DNA of 64,000 nt from Octopus vulgaris (Eukaryota). Shown here in pieces: positions 13,581-29,013 of the stretch (the stretch's first letter is position 1; each line of letters starts with the position of its first letter). The notes below the pieces were generated by a model, which had not been told where the DNA came from, did no database searches, and was given only the letters and a program-made list of their open reading frames with translations. The DNA is taken from contig OX597816.1 of assembly GCA_951406725.2 (NCBI GenBank), positions 19,778,001 to 19,842,000 of the forward strand, written 5' to 3'. Made by a program: the position numbers and the translations under genes.

Positions 13581-14532
13581 TTACAAGATAGGAAAAATAA
13601 GAAAATATATACAGAAATGGGTGGATGAAAAGGAAGATGGAAACCTTTCAAACGTCAAGAACATATGATTTATTGTGTAGTTAGAAATCTCCACGTTCCG
13701 ATTTTGCAGTGATGTTGAAGTGAAATTTTATGAGAATTTTTAAAATGCGTAATAGTATGTTTTATCATTGAAAAAAAGTTTTAATGGAATATTTTCAGTG
13801 AAAAAGTTAAGAAATGTACAAAAAAGCGTGAGTAAAGGAGAAAATGAAACATCAAAGGGAAAAAGGTGAAAACAAAGACATCGAAATATAGAGATTCCTC
13901 ATAAAGTCGATTTCCGTCAGTTATATATAAGTTCAAAGGATTTTATTGCAACCGATGCATATGGAGAGAAGCAGAGCAGTGTATAAGAATATGAAAGATA
14001 AAAATGGATGAAATACGGAGAATAAAAAACGAATATCTTAAAAAATAAAACACGTACAAAGAATCTGAAGAAAATTATGAAGAAAAAATACGAAAAGAAG
14101 TAAAATGAAAAGGTAGCATTTGCATACAGCGTATAGAAGGAACAGAAAGAAATAGAAAGTGAAGCATAGACGAAAGGCAAGTTTGATGATACGGGCATGA
14201 ATAAAGAGGTGATAATCGCAAGCGAATATCAAAGTGGATTTGATCAGAGGTGTATAATTAAACAAGAAGTAAAACATTCATTGTACAGAGATGTGAAAGT
14301 AATATAAATAATAACGTATGTCATAGTTACTTAGAAGATAAATAAGAATCTATAACGAACAGGAATATTTGAACAGAATTTGAAGGAAAGCAACAGTGCG
14401 GCTACTATCACCTAACGAAGCTGTAAGTAAATCGGAACAATTTAAATGTTTCCGCGCATTAGAACGAAGAAGCCTCTTTATAAATCATATGTTAGTAATA
14501 TAATATATGTAATTAATATAATATAAGTAACT

Positions 14533-14930
14533 AAGGCAGTGAGCTGGCAGAGTCTTTAGCACGCCGGGAGAAATGCTTAGCGGCATTTCGTCTGCCGCTA
14601 CGCTCTGAGTTCAAATTCCGCCGAGGTCGACTTTGCCTTTCATCCTTCCAGGGACGATTTAAATAAGTACCAGTTGCGCACTGGAGTCGATACAATCGAC
14701 TTAATCCGTTTGTCTGCCCTTGTTTGTCCTCTCTGTGTTAAGCCCCTTGTGGGTAGTAAAGGAACAGGCATTTAGTCCGCCTTTACGTTCTGAATTCATA
14801 TTCATCCGTGATTGACTTTGCCTTTCATCCTTTCTGAGTTGTTAAAATAAGTACCAGTTAAGTACTGTGGTCGATAAGAACAACATACTACCACCCGGAA
14901 TTTTCTTGCCCTCTGCCGGCAATTTGCACT
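14533..14930 (+). mobile_element. SINE family 1 dimer
   Basis: aggcagtgagctggcaga head, gagttcaaattcc B-box, two cores. Confidence 0.85.
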
Positions 14931-15198
14931 CAGTATATTATAGGTTATTGATAGTTACAGCAATGACAACAATAAGTAAATGTTTGTAAGTTTATTGAGT
15001 TGCAAATTTGAAAGGAAGGCTGGTCAAGTGCATTAACCACGTTTATAATAACAGTACTATAATGTATAATGATTTCATGTGTCAAGAGTCTCAGGTGTCA
15101 TGACTTTCAAGTGTTTTAACAACCGGCCCTGCGAGGGAGTACTCTCCATCACGTCAATTTGTAGCCTACCAGCAAACAAACTGCTGGTGTGCATTGGG

Positions 15199-15298
15199 TA
15201 TGTGCGGTCGATATTGTTAATTACGCTAGCGCTGCTTCTATGTCATGCGTATGTGCGGTCGATATTGTTAATTACGCTTGCGCTGCTTCTATGTCATA
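15199..15298. repeat. 51-bp tandem duplication inside a possible LTR-like block
   Basis: gtatgtgcggtcgatattgttaattacgct.gcgctgcttctatgtcat twice. Confidence 0.9.
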
Positions 15299-16171
15299 TT
15301 TGAATTCATAATTTAACGAACCTGAGGTAATGAAAAACAAGTTCTTTCCGGTCAGGATATGGGAACAGAACGAAACGAGCCGATGAGCTAAAGCTCTAAA
15401 ATTCTTACTAATAATCTTTCATGCTGGTAACAATAAATAATAACATGGTAACCTATCTGAGTAAAATCTCAGGTGAACTCTCATCTCGAGTTTGCGCTAG
15501 AGCTTATCGGTATATAACAAGATAATATTGTTCTTTATAAATATCATTCTAAAACGCAGTAAAGAATGTGTATAGGTAACAGATAACAGGGGTCATGCCC
15601 GAAAAATATTTTACTGATAATATCTTTTATAAATGTTTATAAGGATTTATTGAAATATATAATGAGTTTAAAGGCATTTAAATTAACCTTATAAAAGTTC
15701 GGGACGGATGAATGCATATTGTGAAGGTTTATACAATATATTGAAATATAGAAAAAATAAGGAAGAAAATATAAAGAGAAATATAAATATAGAAAAACAA
15801 GTATTTTATTAGCGGAAGTGTAAGATAGCAAGTTATGTGAAATATGAATAATATAAATGTTTTTGTTTTTAGGCTGATACATTCATTGTCACACTATATT
15901 CATACATTCCCTCGTTAAATTAAGGATATCTTTCTCAGAATCTTTGCACTATCCAATAAAATATTGCGCTGAAGTTGCACAATATTATAATAAGGCTAAT
16001 TAATGAATAAATGTTATAAAATATCTCATTCTACCACACCTTACGCTTCAAAAACCTTTCATGTTCTCTAAATTGCACACGAGAGAGACAACTGTAAGAA
16101 CTTTACTATACGCAAAAAATATGGTGATTCTATGGAGTACACTTTCCTTCACATTGTGCATTTCATTAAGA

Positions 16172-16238
16172 ATGTACTTGCATAGAAAGTGATCTGATCT
16201 GAGAGATGTACTTGCATAGTAAGTGATCTGATCTGAGA
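16172..16238. repeat. 34-bp tandem duplication
   Basis: atgtacttgcatag.aagtgatctgatctgaga twice. Confidence 0.9.
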
Positions 16239-16394
16239 TCGTGTGCTGGAACGAAAACAATTGCAGCGTGAAAGGTGTTTATAAGCCATTTAAGAAACAC
16301 ACAAAAACCGTTAGATTCACTTCGACATTTAAATTTAATTTGCCAAAATATTTTCGTCGCTTTGAGACTGCGATCTGTTCAATGACAAAATTCC

Positions 16395-17200
16395 GTGCTC
16401 TCTTTATCACAGGTTTTGTTGGAGCTCTTGGAGTCTTGCATGCGTAGCGGACTTAATGCCTGCAGCCTACGATATCATGCTATTCGTTCTTTTCCGTTGT
16501 CTAATAGTTTCCTGATTATTCTGGCCGTGCCAAGGAGGCAAAACTTTTGTTACACTTCTACAGGGCACTTGATTCCAAATGCCTTTATACTTCTCTTGAT
16601 GCCTTCCGATACTGTTCCGATACTGTTACAACAATAATTGGCACTTCGTTTTCTATAGCCGGGCTATTACGTACTTAAGGGGGTTGTATCTATCTATCGT
16701 TACGCCTTCCTTCTTGACTGTTGATTGGTCAAAGGGGCTTGCAACATCTACTATATAGCATGTGTGATGCACGTTGTCTTTCACCACCAGTTCCAGTCTG
16801 TTATGCTCTAGCTCGTGATATTTTGGGATTGGAAAATCCCAGAGGATTTCTGACTCCGCCACTCTCTGCGGTTTGTGCACATACCATATATTGCCTCTCT
16901 CTAGCCCCCACCTTTCGTTGTTTTCTGTGAAGCGCTTTCACTGGTCGTCTCGCCATAACTTTTAGTCGTTTGCGGCAAATCTAGGGGATTCTATCATGAC
17001 ATGAGCAATGTTTCATCCACGCTATTGCAGATGCGGCACAGCGGAGACGCTTGATCTTCCCTAAGGTTGACCCTCCAGTTTGTGGCCAAAGCTTGGTCTT
17101 GTGCTGCCAGTATAGTGTTCTGAGTCTTTTTTATTAGGGTACCTTTCATCATCTAATCCAACCTATTTTTTCCAGCAACTTCTGCTATGGTTACATGGAA
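16395..17200 (-). mobile_element. R4/Dong-like RLE non-LTR retrotransposon, 3' fragment
   Basis: ILAAQDQALATN...PLCRIC..HV (zinc knuckle); ORF 16653 ILWDFPI...HNRLELVV...CYIVDVASP (restriction-like endonuclease); QKFCLLGTARIIRKLL. Confidence 0.85.
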
Positions 17201-18500
17201 TTGATTGTGTAGCCCATTGTTGCGTAATTGTTTTCCATGTGATAGAATTGTTCTCACTCATATTATTGCACAACGAACAGTGCTTAGCTCTCTTATGCAT
17301 GTTTTTGAGCATATAGCGTTCAGAAACACAAATGGAGTTTTTATTAGAGGTACTTGTCATCATTTCTTTAATATTTGTATTACGTCTAAAGGCTACAATA
17401 GGCGGAAGAGGAAATATTTGTCGGAAATGAGGATATTTTTCTGAAATATATTGGTAAATGTCATGCAACACTTTTGAAATGCAAGCGAAACTTCGTTGTC
17501 AGTTAATCACTAAAGGAATTTGACCATAAGCTCTTTTCTGACTGCTAAATTTAGGCGTGAGGTTTGATTATCACTTCTAATTTCAGCTATGTCATTCACA
17601 ATTTCCTTCAGTCTTTGTTCATTATAACTTTGCTTTACATAATGGCGCACAAAAGCATTTGCATGGTTCCAATAATCGTCAAAGTCTGTGAAAAGAGTCT
17701 TATCCTCAAAATCTAGGAATTTGGATTTGATCTGATTGTATGATGCTGATGATAAGAGCGGCGCTGGAACTAAATATGGGATAACGTGGGTTTGCAAAAT
17801 ATTTCTGTGACTATTCGGCCTTCCGAAAAGTTGACTTTTGTGTGCAAAAATTCAACGCTAGTTTTTGGAAAACTTGACGTGAATTTAAAGCTATAGACTT
17901 CTGCGAAGCTGTCACAGAAAGGTAAAAATTTGACTAGAATATCCTGTGTTCGTTCCCAGACGAAAAACACGTCGTCAATGAACCATAACCAGAGTAGAGG
18001 TAAATTACCATGCAGGGATTTGTATGTCTCTATTAATTTAGTTTCAAATTTTGTCATGAAGTCATTTGCGAAATTAATTGCCATAGGGGTATCCACGGCG
18101 CATCCCTTCATCTGATAGAAATGTTTTTCTCCTACTTCATTGTGTTTTTTTGTAACATAAATTTTAATAATTTGCAGATAAACTTTGAGGGAATACTTTT
18201 CATTGACCGTTTTTCAAAACCTTTCATGCATTATTCCCCCAACCCGCTCATCGAGATCGATGTTGGGGTGTAAGAAAGAAATATTAATGGTTACTAAATG
18301 AATTTAACACTACTTCGGTGTTAAGAAACTATTTTTCAATTTGAAAACAAAATAAAAATATCCTAAATGAAGGAACTTTTAGCCACAGGGAGCAGAAAGC
18401 CATCCGACCATTCCGAAATTTTAGCAGTGCAACATTTATACCCACTGCAAATTGGGCGCTGTGGTGGGGCCGAGTTACAATTTTCTTCTGTTTGAGTAAC
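17200..18500 (-). mobile_element. Penelope-like element, decayed RT and linker
   Basis: RPICSG..TAKISEWSD; MKGCAVDTPMAINFANDFM...WFIDDVFFVW; PIVAFRRNTNIKE...CSLC. Confidence 0.88.
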
Positions 18501-18504
18501 CCAT

Positions 18505-18850
18505 CGCTCTCAAACAGACACTGAATAGGGGTTGTTTAAGGATGTTGAACGAACCACCCATGTTTCCAGGGGTGAATTATTCGAAATCCAATGAATCCCT
18601 CTCAACACATGTCTACGATACTCCCGCATTACTTCTGCTCATGATCAGAGATGCACATATCGTCAGTCACTAAGGGACATGCTCAACTGGTTAAGGTCAA
18701 ACAACTGACAAGCAAATCTGTGGTATTGAGCAGAATATTTGCTGTAGCCCATCTTCTATACCAAAACAAAACAATGTTAGGATCAGAAGCCATGAGAGAT
18801 GAGAGCAACTGTCTGGCACTGCATCAGGGCATTATTATTATTATTATTAC

Positions 18851-18927
<77 letters not shown>
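18505..18927 (+). mobile_element. Interspersed repeat, probable non-LTR 3' end with (ATT)n tail
   Basis: Higher-GC block that truncates the Penelope 5' side and ends in a ~95-bp (ATT)n tract; family not identified. Confidence 0.35.
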
Positions 18928-19493
18928 TTAGCTGTCACAACGTATACTCTATTACTACAACTAGAAATTAAAACGATAAAAGAAAGAATTAAATCTCTGT
19001 TTGTATTTAGGAATTCACTGTTATCAATATGATCTCAAATATTGTGTGATTTGAATATCTAAAGTCTCATACAAAAACGCAAATATTTCATAGACTTTAT
19101 TCCATATAAACATTATATTTATCATCCTTAGTAAATATAATGAATGAATTTCTTTCAGTAAGCACAAACTTCAAAATGCACTCCTACTACAAACAAAGAT
19201 TATGACAAAGAGGATTATAGGCATATAATCTCACCGCACACGCTAACCTTATTACCTATATAGGATTATTGACCATTTGCTTGGAACCACCTTCTACCTT
19301 TTCTTTTCTGTTATGCATTTTTCCAGTACTTGTAAGTTTTTAGTCTTAGGTATTAATTCATAATTCTCTCACCTTTTACCGTATAAACCACCATCAACAC
19401 ACATCTTTTGACCTATTTGTTTAAATTTCCATGCTAATCTTGCAAAAACTTCTCTGTCCAATTTACCTAAACTCATTTTAGAATATATATCTA

Positions 19494-19974
19494 CCCTAAA
19501 GTACAACCCCTCCTCAAAGTGGTAGGGTGGTGTAAACGGGCAGTGTCAGAGCTATGCCGTCGGGAACTTCGGTTCCTGGCAGGGCCACCCAAAGCGGATT
19601 GGTCAGGCACTGAGCGGTATTAGGGCCGCAGTCTAGCCAACGGGTCTCTGGGGAAAATTCCAAGAGGCATCTGAAGGCAACCAGCGGCTTCGAGGTCGTT
19701 CTGTCCCTGCGTCTGTTGAGACTCCACAGTAAACAGGGCCTCTCGTCACTCGGGATATGCATGCGGGATGGCGGGGACCGCTTGTGAATTTAATAATCCC
19801 ATAAAACTTCCATGAATCCTATGGAACCGCGAATGGCTCGCTATCTCCAGTGATCTTGCACAGGACCGTCGAGCGTGGGTCGCCATGTTTCGTGATGCCG
19901 TGAGGACCAGAGAAGGAGCCGGCTCAACCCGCCTTGAGTGAACACCGTCACAAGTACAAGTAAGTAAGTAAGTA
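19494..19974 (+). mobile_element. Internally deleted RTE derivative (5' UTR joined to 3' end)
   Basis: gagctatgccg...cagggccacccaaagcggattggtc resembles the BovB/RTE 5' UTR; 3' part reads WLAISSDLAQDRRAWVAMFRDAV...AGSTR; (TAAG)n tail. Confidence 0.75.
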
Positions 19975-21562
19975 TATATTTTTGTGATAAACCATCCAAT
20001 TTGTTTCCTATTCCATTCATCACCTACCTATCATTACTTATTAATGATATTGCTTAAGCTTCATGTTTTATCCATAAACATACAATTTCCTTTTTATGAA
20101 TAACCATTTCAAAATATGTATGCCTCGTTCCGTTTCTTTTTAAATCCGCACTTTATGACACCTTACTCTCTTCATATTTCTTTTCATACATGTACTATTA
20201 AGATCCGGTCAACAATTACATATCACTAAAATATTTGTATCGTAATCTAATTGATTTCCTTAAATATTAATTTAAAATTACTTAACGTTCGTAAACTATT
20301 AATATTTTTGTCATTAATTTCATTTACATCATATAAAAGATTTATTTTCCTCGATTATCATTCACAATATATAAATGTATCCTTTAGAAACCAAAATGAA
20401 TCTATTCAAATTACATTTTAATTTCCCATGCAAAACTGCTCATTTATTATAATCCTTGTTAGGCCTTATTTAGATTATTTTCTCACTAATTCATTTGCCT
20501 TGAATCTATATTTTTTTAATCATTAAACATTTTTTATATATCATTTAAGAACCTAGTGATTTAACTGCCAAAAATTGTTAATCTAAAGTTTCGTTTTTTA
20601 ATATCGATCTCACTCCCTTAATATTTCCGTTCCTTACGCTTACTCTCCTGCTCACTAGTAGTTTAATTTCAAAGGTAGCTTATTTAATTTTCACGTCTTT
20701 TAGAATATTTTTGTCTGAACCTCTACGATTTAAAGTGCATATTTTTAGAAAATGTTTTTCAATGTTCTCCATCTCTGTAATATGTTTTGAATAATATATT
20801 CTTGTTTGACAATCATTGGGCGAAAAATCACGATGCATCTATTGACAATATATACTGTGTTACCTCTTTCTTTGATAACATCAAAATTATTGCCAGCAGT
20901 GTATTTTTTCGACATATATTCAGATTTTTATTTACTATTTTGTCATCGGAATTTTTATCCCAAATGAATTTTCAGCCGTGATATCTGAACAAAACATTTC
21001 TCAATGCGTTATCATATAACGTTACATAGAATTCAGTAGAATATTTCCTGATTAGGGATGTTAAATAATAACAGTTTTATCAAGATTCTTCGTTAGTCCT
21101 CTCAAATGACTTGCCAATGAAATTTTATCAAGAAATATATGAACTGTTTTCCGTGTTTGTCACATTATCGCTATCAAGAGCGTAGAAAAGGATTCTTATC
21201 AGATATAAAAATTGTATCTAGTGAAGGATTCTTGTTAAGTTTAGCAAGCATTTTTTGACGGCGCCTCATTTCTTGGTGTTATACAGAATATAATCTTGTG
21301 CTAAATCTTTCCAGCAGGAATTATTTTAGTCTTCTAAAACTATGCTCTTTATAAGGCATTGAAAATGTAACAGTCAAACTTTTAGTATTACGTTAAATTC
21401 ATATCTTGAATAAGTTTATGATCTGTGACAAGATACTCCTCCTGGATATGCATGTCATATCAGTTAGCACACGGTTCTGCATGAAATAAACATATCATGT
21501 CTTCGCGTGTGTGATGAAAGACATTCCAATGTTGTCAGTGACTGAATTAACTCTTTTATAAT

Positions 21563-21792
21563 TCTTTATTGCCCACAAGGGGCTAAATATAGAGGGGACA
21601 AACAAAGACAGACAAAGGAATTAAGTCGATTATATCGAGACCAGTGCGTAACTGGTACTTAATTTATCGACCCCGAAAGGATGAAAGTGAAAGTCGACCT
21701 CTGCGGAATTTGAACTCAGAACGTAACGACACACGAAATACGGCTACGAATTTCGCCCGGCGTACTAACGTTTCTGCCAGCTCGCCGCCTTG
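21563..21792 (-). mobile_element. SINE family 1 monomer
   Basis: Reverse complement of 47599-47830. gactgaattaactcttt (21540) and ggctgaattaactcttt (21792) flank it as a probable TSD. Confidence 0.88.
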
Positions 21793-23235
21793 GCTGAATT
21801 AACTCTTTTAGCCATAGTTTGGAAGCATAAATACGTCTGCTTTTCCAGATGATAAAATTCTTGTTACAAGAATACTACAATCTCTTTAACAATAGTTGTG
21901 ACAATGCTGGAGAAGCTCTCGATCTCCGTTTTGGAATCGTTAATCTTACTACACGTTTCTCTTCTTTTTTATTACATTGTATATTTATCGATACATATCT
22001 TTATTATTAGTGCAAGAAACTTACAATTGTATTAGCCAATATGTACAGTGAAGTTTCCTTCCGAAGATAGTGGACTATGAGACCGTATACTATAAGCACT
22101 CCATGTTAAAATATTTGAAATGTTTAACCCCTCAATTCAATAAACATAGGAAACATTTATATTTGTCGTAATTATTTCTGGCTCTTTAAGAGTGCATAAT
22201 TATGCGACGAGAGTGAGGTAAAAATACATAGACATCTAATGCAATGAATTTGAATTCATTTTTCATATTTTAGATTAAACGAATAAAGTAAAAATGAAAA
22301 ATTATATTTACAAGTGCAACCCTCTCAATAGAAAACTGGTTATTTCAGTGTATTTGCAAGATATTGCACACTCTTGATCAAAACATTTATGCCTAAAAGT
22401 ATTTTCAAACAATTAGCTATTAAATTTAGTAATATACATTGTTCTAAATTTAAATTTACCATTTACATTTCTCTGAAGTTCCTCTTAGGTTAATGTTGAT
22501 GATGATAACGAATTCAATACCGATTTTAATATAATTGAATAAAATTCATCAGGTTTTATGTACATTAAAAGAATAGAAAAAGTTACTGAAAGACAATGAG
22601 TGTTCCAAAAGTAAGTATTTAATATATTAAAAGAAGTAAATATTCCTGATTTGAATTGTATTGTACCCAAAATGATATTTTTAAAACTATGCTTATGTAA
22701 ATAAAAGTTTAACATAAATCTACAAATATTATGTTAAATAATTTATAAAATCTATAGAAATGCACAAGTTATTCTCTAATTGCGAAATACATTAATATCT
22801 AATATGTTTTATTAATATTCATATATGTGATGATGCACTTAACGATATAAGTAAAACTGAGAGGCTATATACTACTATAACAATATTTAACAAACATTAC
22901 ACCCTATTCAATCTTCGGTTCTATTCTCTGGTAATATCAATTAAAAATTCAAAAGTATCTTTCGAACATTATAAGTAACATATGAAAGAGTATATATAGT
23001 TCGTGTATCAACTGACAATGAACGAGATGTTGAGCGGTACGTCGGAAAATATATTAATTGATTACGCAATCGACAAATGTAGATATAATTAGTAATAAGA
23101 GCATCCAGGTTACTGAGTACAGATAATTCATCACAAAAATTTAGAATTAGGGGTGCAATAATACGTATTACTCTTTCATGCACTGTGCAATAAATATATT
23201 CATATACCTTATAACACAAGCACACACACATATAC

Positions 23236-23474
23236 TCTTTTATTCTTTTACGTGTTTCGGTCATTTGACTGTGGCCATGCTGGAGTACCACTTTTAGTCG
23301 AGCAAATCTATCCCAGGACTTATTCTTTGTAAGCCTAGTACTTAGTCTATTGCTCTCTTTTGTTGCAGAACCGCTAAGTTATGGGGACGTAAACACACCA
23401 TCATCTGTTATCAAGCGATGTTGGGGGGGGGGCGCAAACATGACGCACAAATACACACAGACACACAGACACAA

Positions 23475-23537
<63 letters not shown>

Positions 23538-23681
23538 CGACGGGCGTCTTTCAGTTTCCGTTTACCAAATCCACTCACAAGGCTTTGGTCAGCCCGAGGC
23601 TGTAGCAGAAGACACTTACCCAAGTTGTTACGCAGTGGGACTGAACCTGAAACCATGCGGTTCGTAAGCCACTCCTGCGCC
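23236..23681 (-). mobile_element. tRNA-derived SINE, family 2
   Basis: Reverse complement of 31636-32030. Confidence 0.85.
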
Positions 23682-23722
23682 TATATTTATGTATTCTTTA
23701 AATTGTTTCAGGTTGAAATCAC

Positions 23723-24590
23723 TAGTTGCCACATGTATTCGAATTTCGACATCAATGAACCAATAAAGTAACTTGCCATCCGTGTCCTCGAGTACATGTG
23801 GTAACTATTGAAATTTTTTTTTAAATTTTTCATTCCATTTGAAATTACTCTTATCCGTGGTTTCGGGTTTAACTGACCTTTTCAGCATCTAAGGTGTCCT
23901 GTTAGTGTTAGGGTTAGGTCTAGGTTTAGGTAATAGTTGCCATGGCAATATACATATTAACAACAAAAAAATGAAATTGAAGAGAGTGATGGATGTTAAA
24001 TGTGTATGAAGAAGAGGGTGAGTAGAGTAGAAAATAAAGATGATGATGATGATGATGATGATATACAATGTGTATGTCTGTGATAAAAGATAGAGTGAAG
24101 AAACTGTGTCATTGGTTGTGGTGTGGTGGAGGCGATGAAAGTGATGGCAGTTGTGTATAGAAATGTACACTGCTTTATATGAAAACTATGTTGTCTATTG
24201 ACTCCATTACGCTTGTTGGCCACTGGTAGAATATCTCGAAATTTTCTACCATACATATTTTTATAATAAACATTTTTTTTATCCTGAAGAAAGTTGGTAC
24301 GTCATTTTTATTTGATACCGATTGTAGCTGCGCTTGCGCGATTGATTTCAGAAATTATAATGTATATTGATCGAACATGTGTGTCTTCAGTGTTCCTTAA
24401 ATATACATTAATTATAGCGCCCACGCTGATGAGGCACGAATGGCAAATTATTTGTTCATTGATGTCGAAACTCAAGTACAGGTGGGGTGGGGACTATCTA
24501 AATGTTTTTTTAAATTTTTCATTCCCTTTTAATTATTCTTATCCGTGGTTTGGGTTTTAACTGCCTTTTTCAGCATGTAAGGTGTCCTTT
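23723..24590. repeat. Direct repeat pair (~23723-23899 / 24430-24588) differing by a micro-inversion
   Basis: Shared ttttaaatttttcattcc...cttatccgtggttt...cagcat.taaggtgtcct. Confidence 0.8.
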
Positions 24591-24616
24591 TTGGATCACT
24601 TCTTTTTTGTATAGAA

Positions 24617-24970
<354 letters not shown>

Positions 24971-25623
24971 TTTTAAATTTGATTATGGGAAACGATTTGA
25001 ATATGCAAATAGAATCGTACTCTTTAATCACGGCCGCTTTCTAATGATGCTGACTAGCGAACCAGTTTTTTTCGTTACATCTAGTTGTACTGATATAATG
25101 TACGATGAATATAATAACAGAAATAATCCTTCGATGGAATTTATAAACATTTAATGCATCGCTACGCGCAATTCAGCACAAAAACATGCCTCTTAAGATC
25201 AAAGACCGTATTGCTAAAATGATTACACTAGTGTCTGCAGTATCCCCATATATCCAGTTGATCATCTTCATGGATTCATTTCTTCTGGCGATATCGCATG
25301 AATGGATGTACTTTAGAGGGGCGTATATCCCATTTTACAAGTCTGAAGTTTAAGCAAGTTACGTGTATTATTCCTCTCTGTATTTGATTGTAGGAAGGAG
25401 AGTTTGTGGAAATAGAGGAAGGTATGGCAGTTATATCGGATTGGTGGTGTGTGTTTTTCTGTTGGACTTTTCAGCTATCATTTCAGCTGATTTTAAGGAT
25501 AGTACTACATGCTTTTGTTTGTTTCAATTTATGGCATGACTGTCTTCCATACATTCTGAAAACAAGAGGTGATTTGGTACTGCTACTATCTATAAGTTGT
25601 TTGTGTTTGTTAATCGAAGTGAG

Positions 25624-25752
<129 letters not shown>

Positions 25753-26934
25753 AGAGAGTGAGAGAAGAACACGGACGTATATTCATAAGTATCTGTTTGA
25801 GGGGGTTGTTTTATTTCTCAGACAGATAGTACAAATGTCTGAGATGAAATACGTCTAGAGACCATTGTGAATGTGTTTATATGCTTAAGGCAAAAAGGTA
25901 AGAAGAATCACTTGAAATGCGTTGCTTTAAAGTCGTCCATTACCATATTATTTTAAATCAGACAAAGATCAATGTTGTTTTCCCTTACATCATGTTCGAG
26001 AGATAATATACCAGTCTAGTACTGGTTTTGATGGTATCGTCTTGAAAATTAACTGTATTATGCGTAAATAAAATAAAAATAATACTTCTTGATAAGTATA
26101 TTTTCTGAAAAAGCGTTTTGTTGTTTACCCTCCTACTATCAAACATTTTTCTTCTAAGGAAAAACCACAGTGTGTATTCAATTAAAAGATACAGAGTAAT
26201 CTTTTAGTTTAATGGCAAATTGCTTTATATATAATTTCAATGTCGCGTCGAAAGAGGAAAAACAAGTGAATCGACATTATTGTTTAAGCGTGACATTCTT
26301 GACGACACGGACTCCAAGCTAATTCACATCAGCTCATGAGATTTATTAAATAAAATGTTGGTGGTGCTTTTCAAACAGATAACAGCCGTAAAATATTAGA
26401 CAATTCTTAACAATTACAAAATTTGGTTTTCACTTCGATTGATAATCCACATTAAGTGCAATAACAAATATTAATATACGTGTCAGTTTGTATATTATAG
26501 ACATTTCATATGCAAACAGGGCATGTTGCAATAATTCATTGACGTATTACATATATTGATAATTCTGTGACACATGTGAAGCCAAAAGAACGGAAAAGTG
26601 TTATACTGAGAATTTGAAACCACTTCCAACTGGACAAATAATAATATATGAATATAGTTTCATTTGAAAACAACATTCACTCTTAAACTGGTGAGATAAA
26701 AGTGTTAATTTCCTTCGAATATAGAATAATGCCACTTATTACTTCTACCATTGTAATGCAAACATTCCCCTAAATATTCAATTAGATATAGGTATTGTTA
26801 CAATGTAAATATTTATATTGATATAATTACTATTACTAAAACAACATTTATCTCATAGAGTTGTAAAAACATAAATACTTTTAGAAAATATAAAAATAAA
26901 ATATAAATACAAAAAATAAATTACAAAAACCAAC

Positions 26935-27820
<886 letters not shown>

Positions 27821-28384
27821 ATACATTCTCACAAGAGTGCTTTATACCTCGACAAGAAGAATGTCATTAAGACCCCATAATATAGCAATGATATCTCAGC
27901 TTACAAACAATTTTAAACATAGTTACTTCTCTTTGGAATCCTCAAGCTTTTATTTTCACTTTCATAGTTTTTTTTAACATTTTCATTGCATGACCAGGCA
28001 CTTAACATATCCTAATGACCCACAATTACATTCATATGATGTTTGTTTTGGAACAGAACATATGTATTTATATATATTGATACCTGTATTAACCTTAAAG
28101 CTTCTATATTGTTACCTGTGACAAGACACGTAGCTACATAATTTCACAGATCAGCAAATATCCAACTATTGACAATGCGTTCTTTTACATCTCTTATACA
28201 ATTTCTTCCTCTATCATGCTCTACTTCGCGAGCGGCTTCACAAAAGTATTTCAACGCACTCTAACATATTGACACACAACATATGCTCTACTATTTCTTA
28301 GAGCATTTAAAAAATTATACACAAATTTGGTATGTAACACAAATCACCTCCATTATACATACACACACACACCCTACAATACAC

Positions 28385-29013
<629 letters not shown>

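Noticed and set aside
13600-14500. GIMAP/coiled-coil pseudogene
   Set aside because: Only compositional resemblance; the first part fits sacsin copy A in the expected order.
20950-21480. Macro-domain-like peptide on the minus strand (IPAGKI*HKIIFCITPR)
   Set aside because: The plus strand of the same DNA gives a much longer, colinear sacsin match; the macro similarity is likely chance.
23899-23932. Interstitial telomere (ttagggttagg)
   Set aside because: Only one or two perfect units within a degenerate TE-associated stretch.
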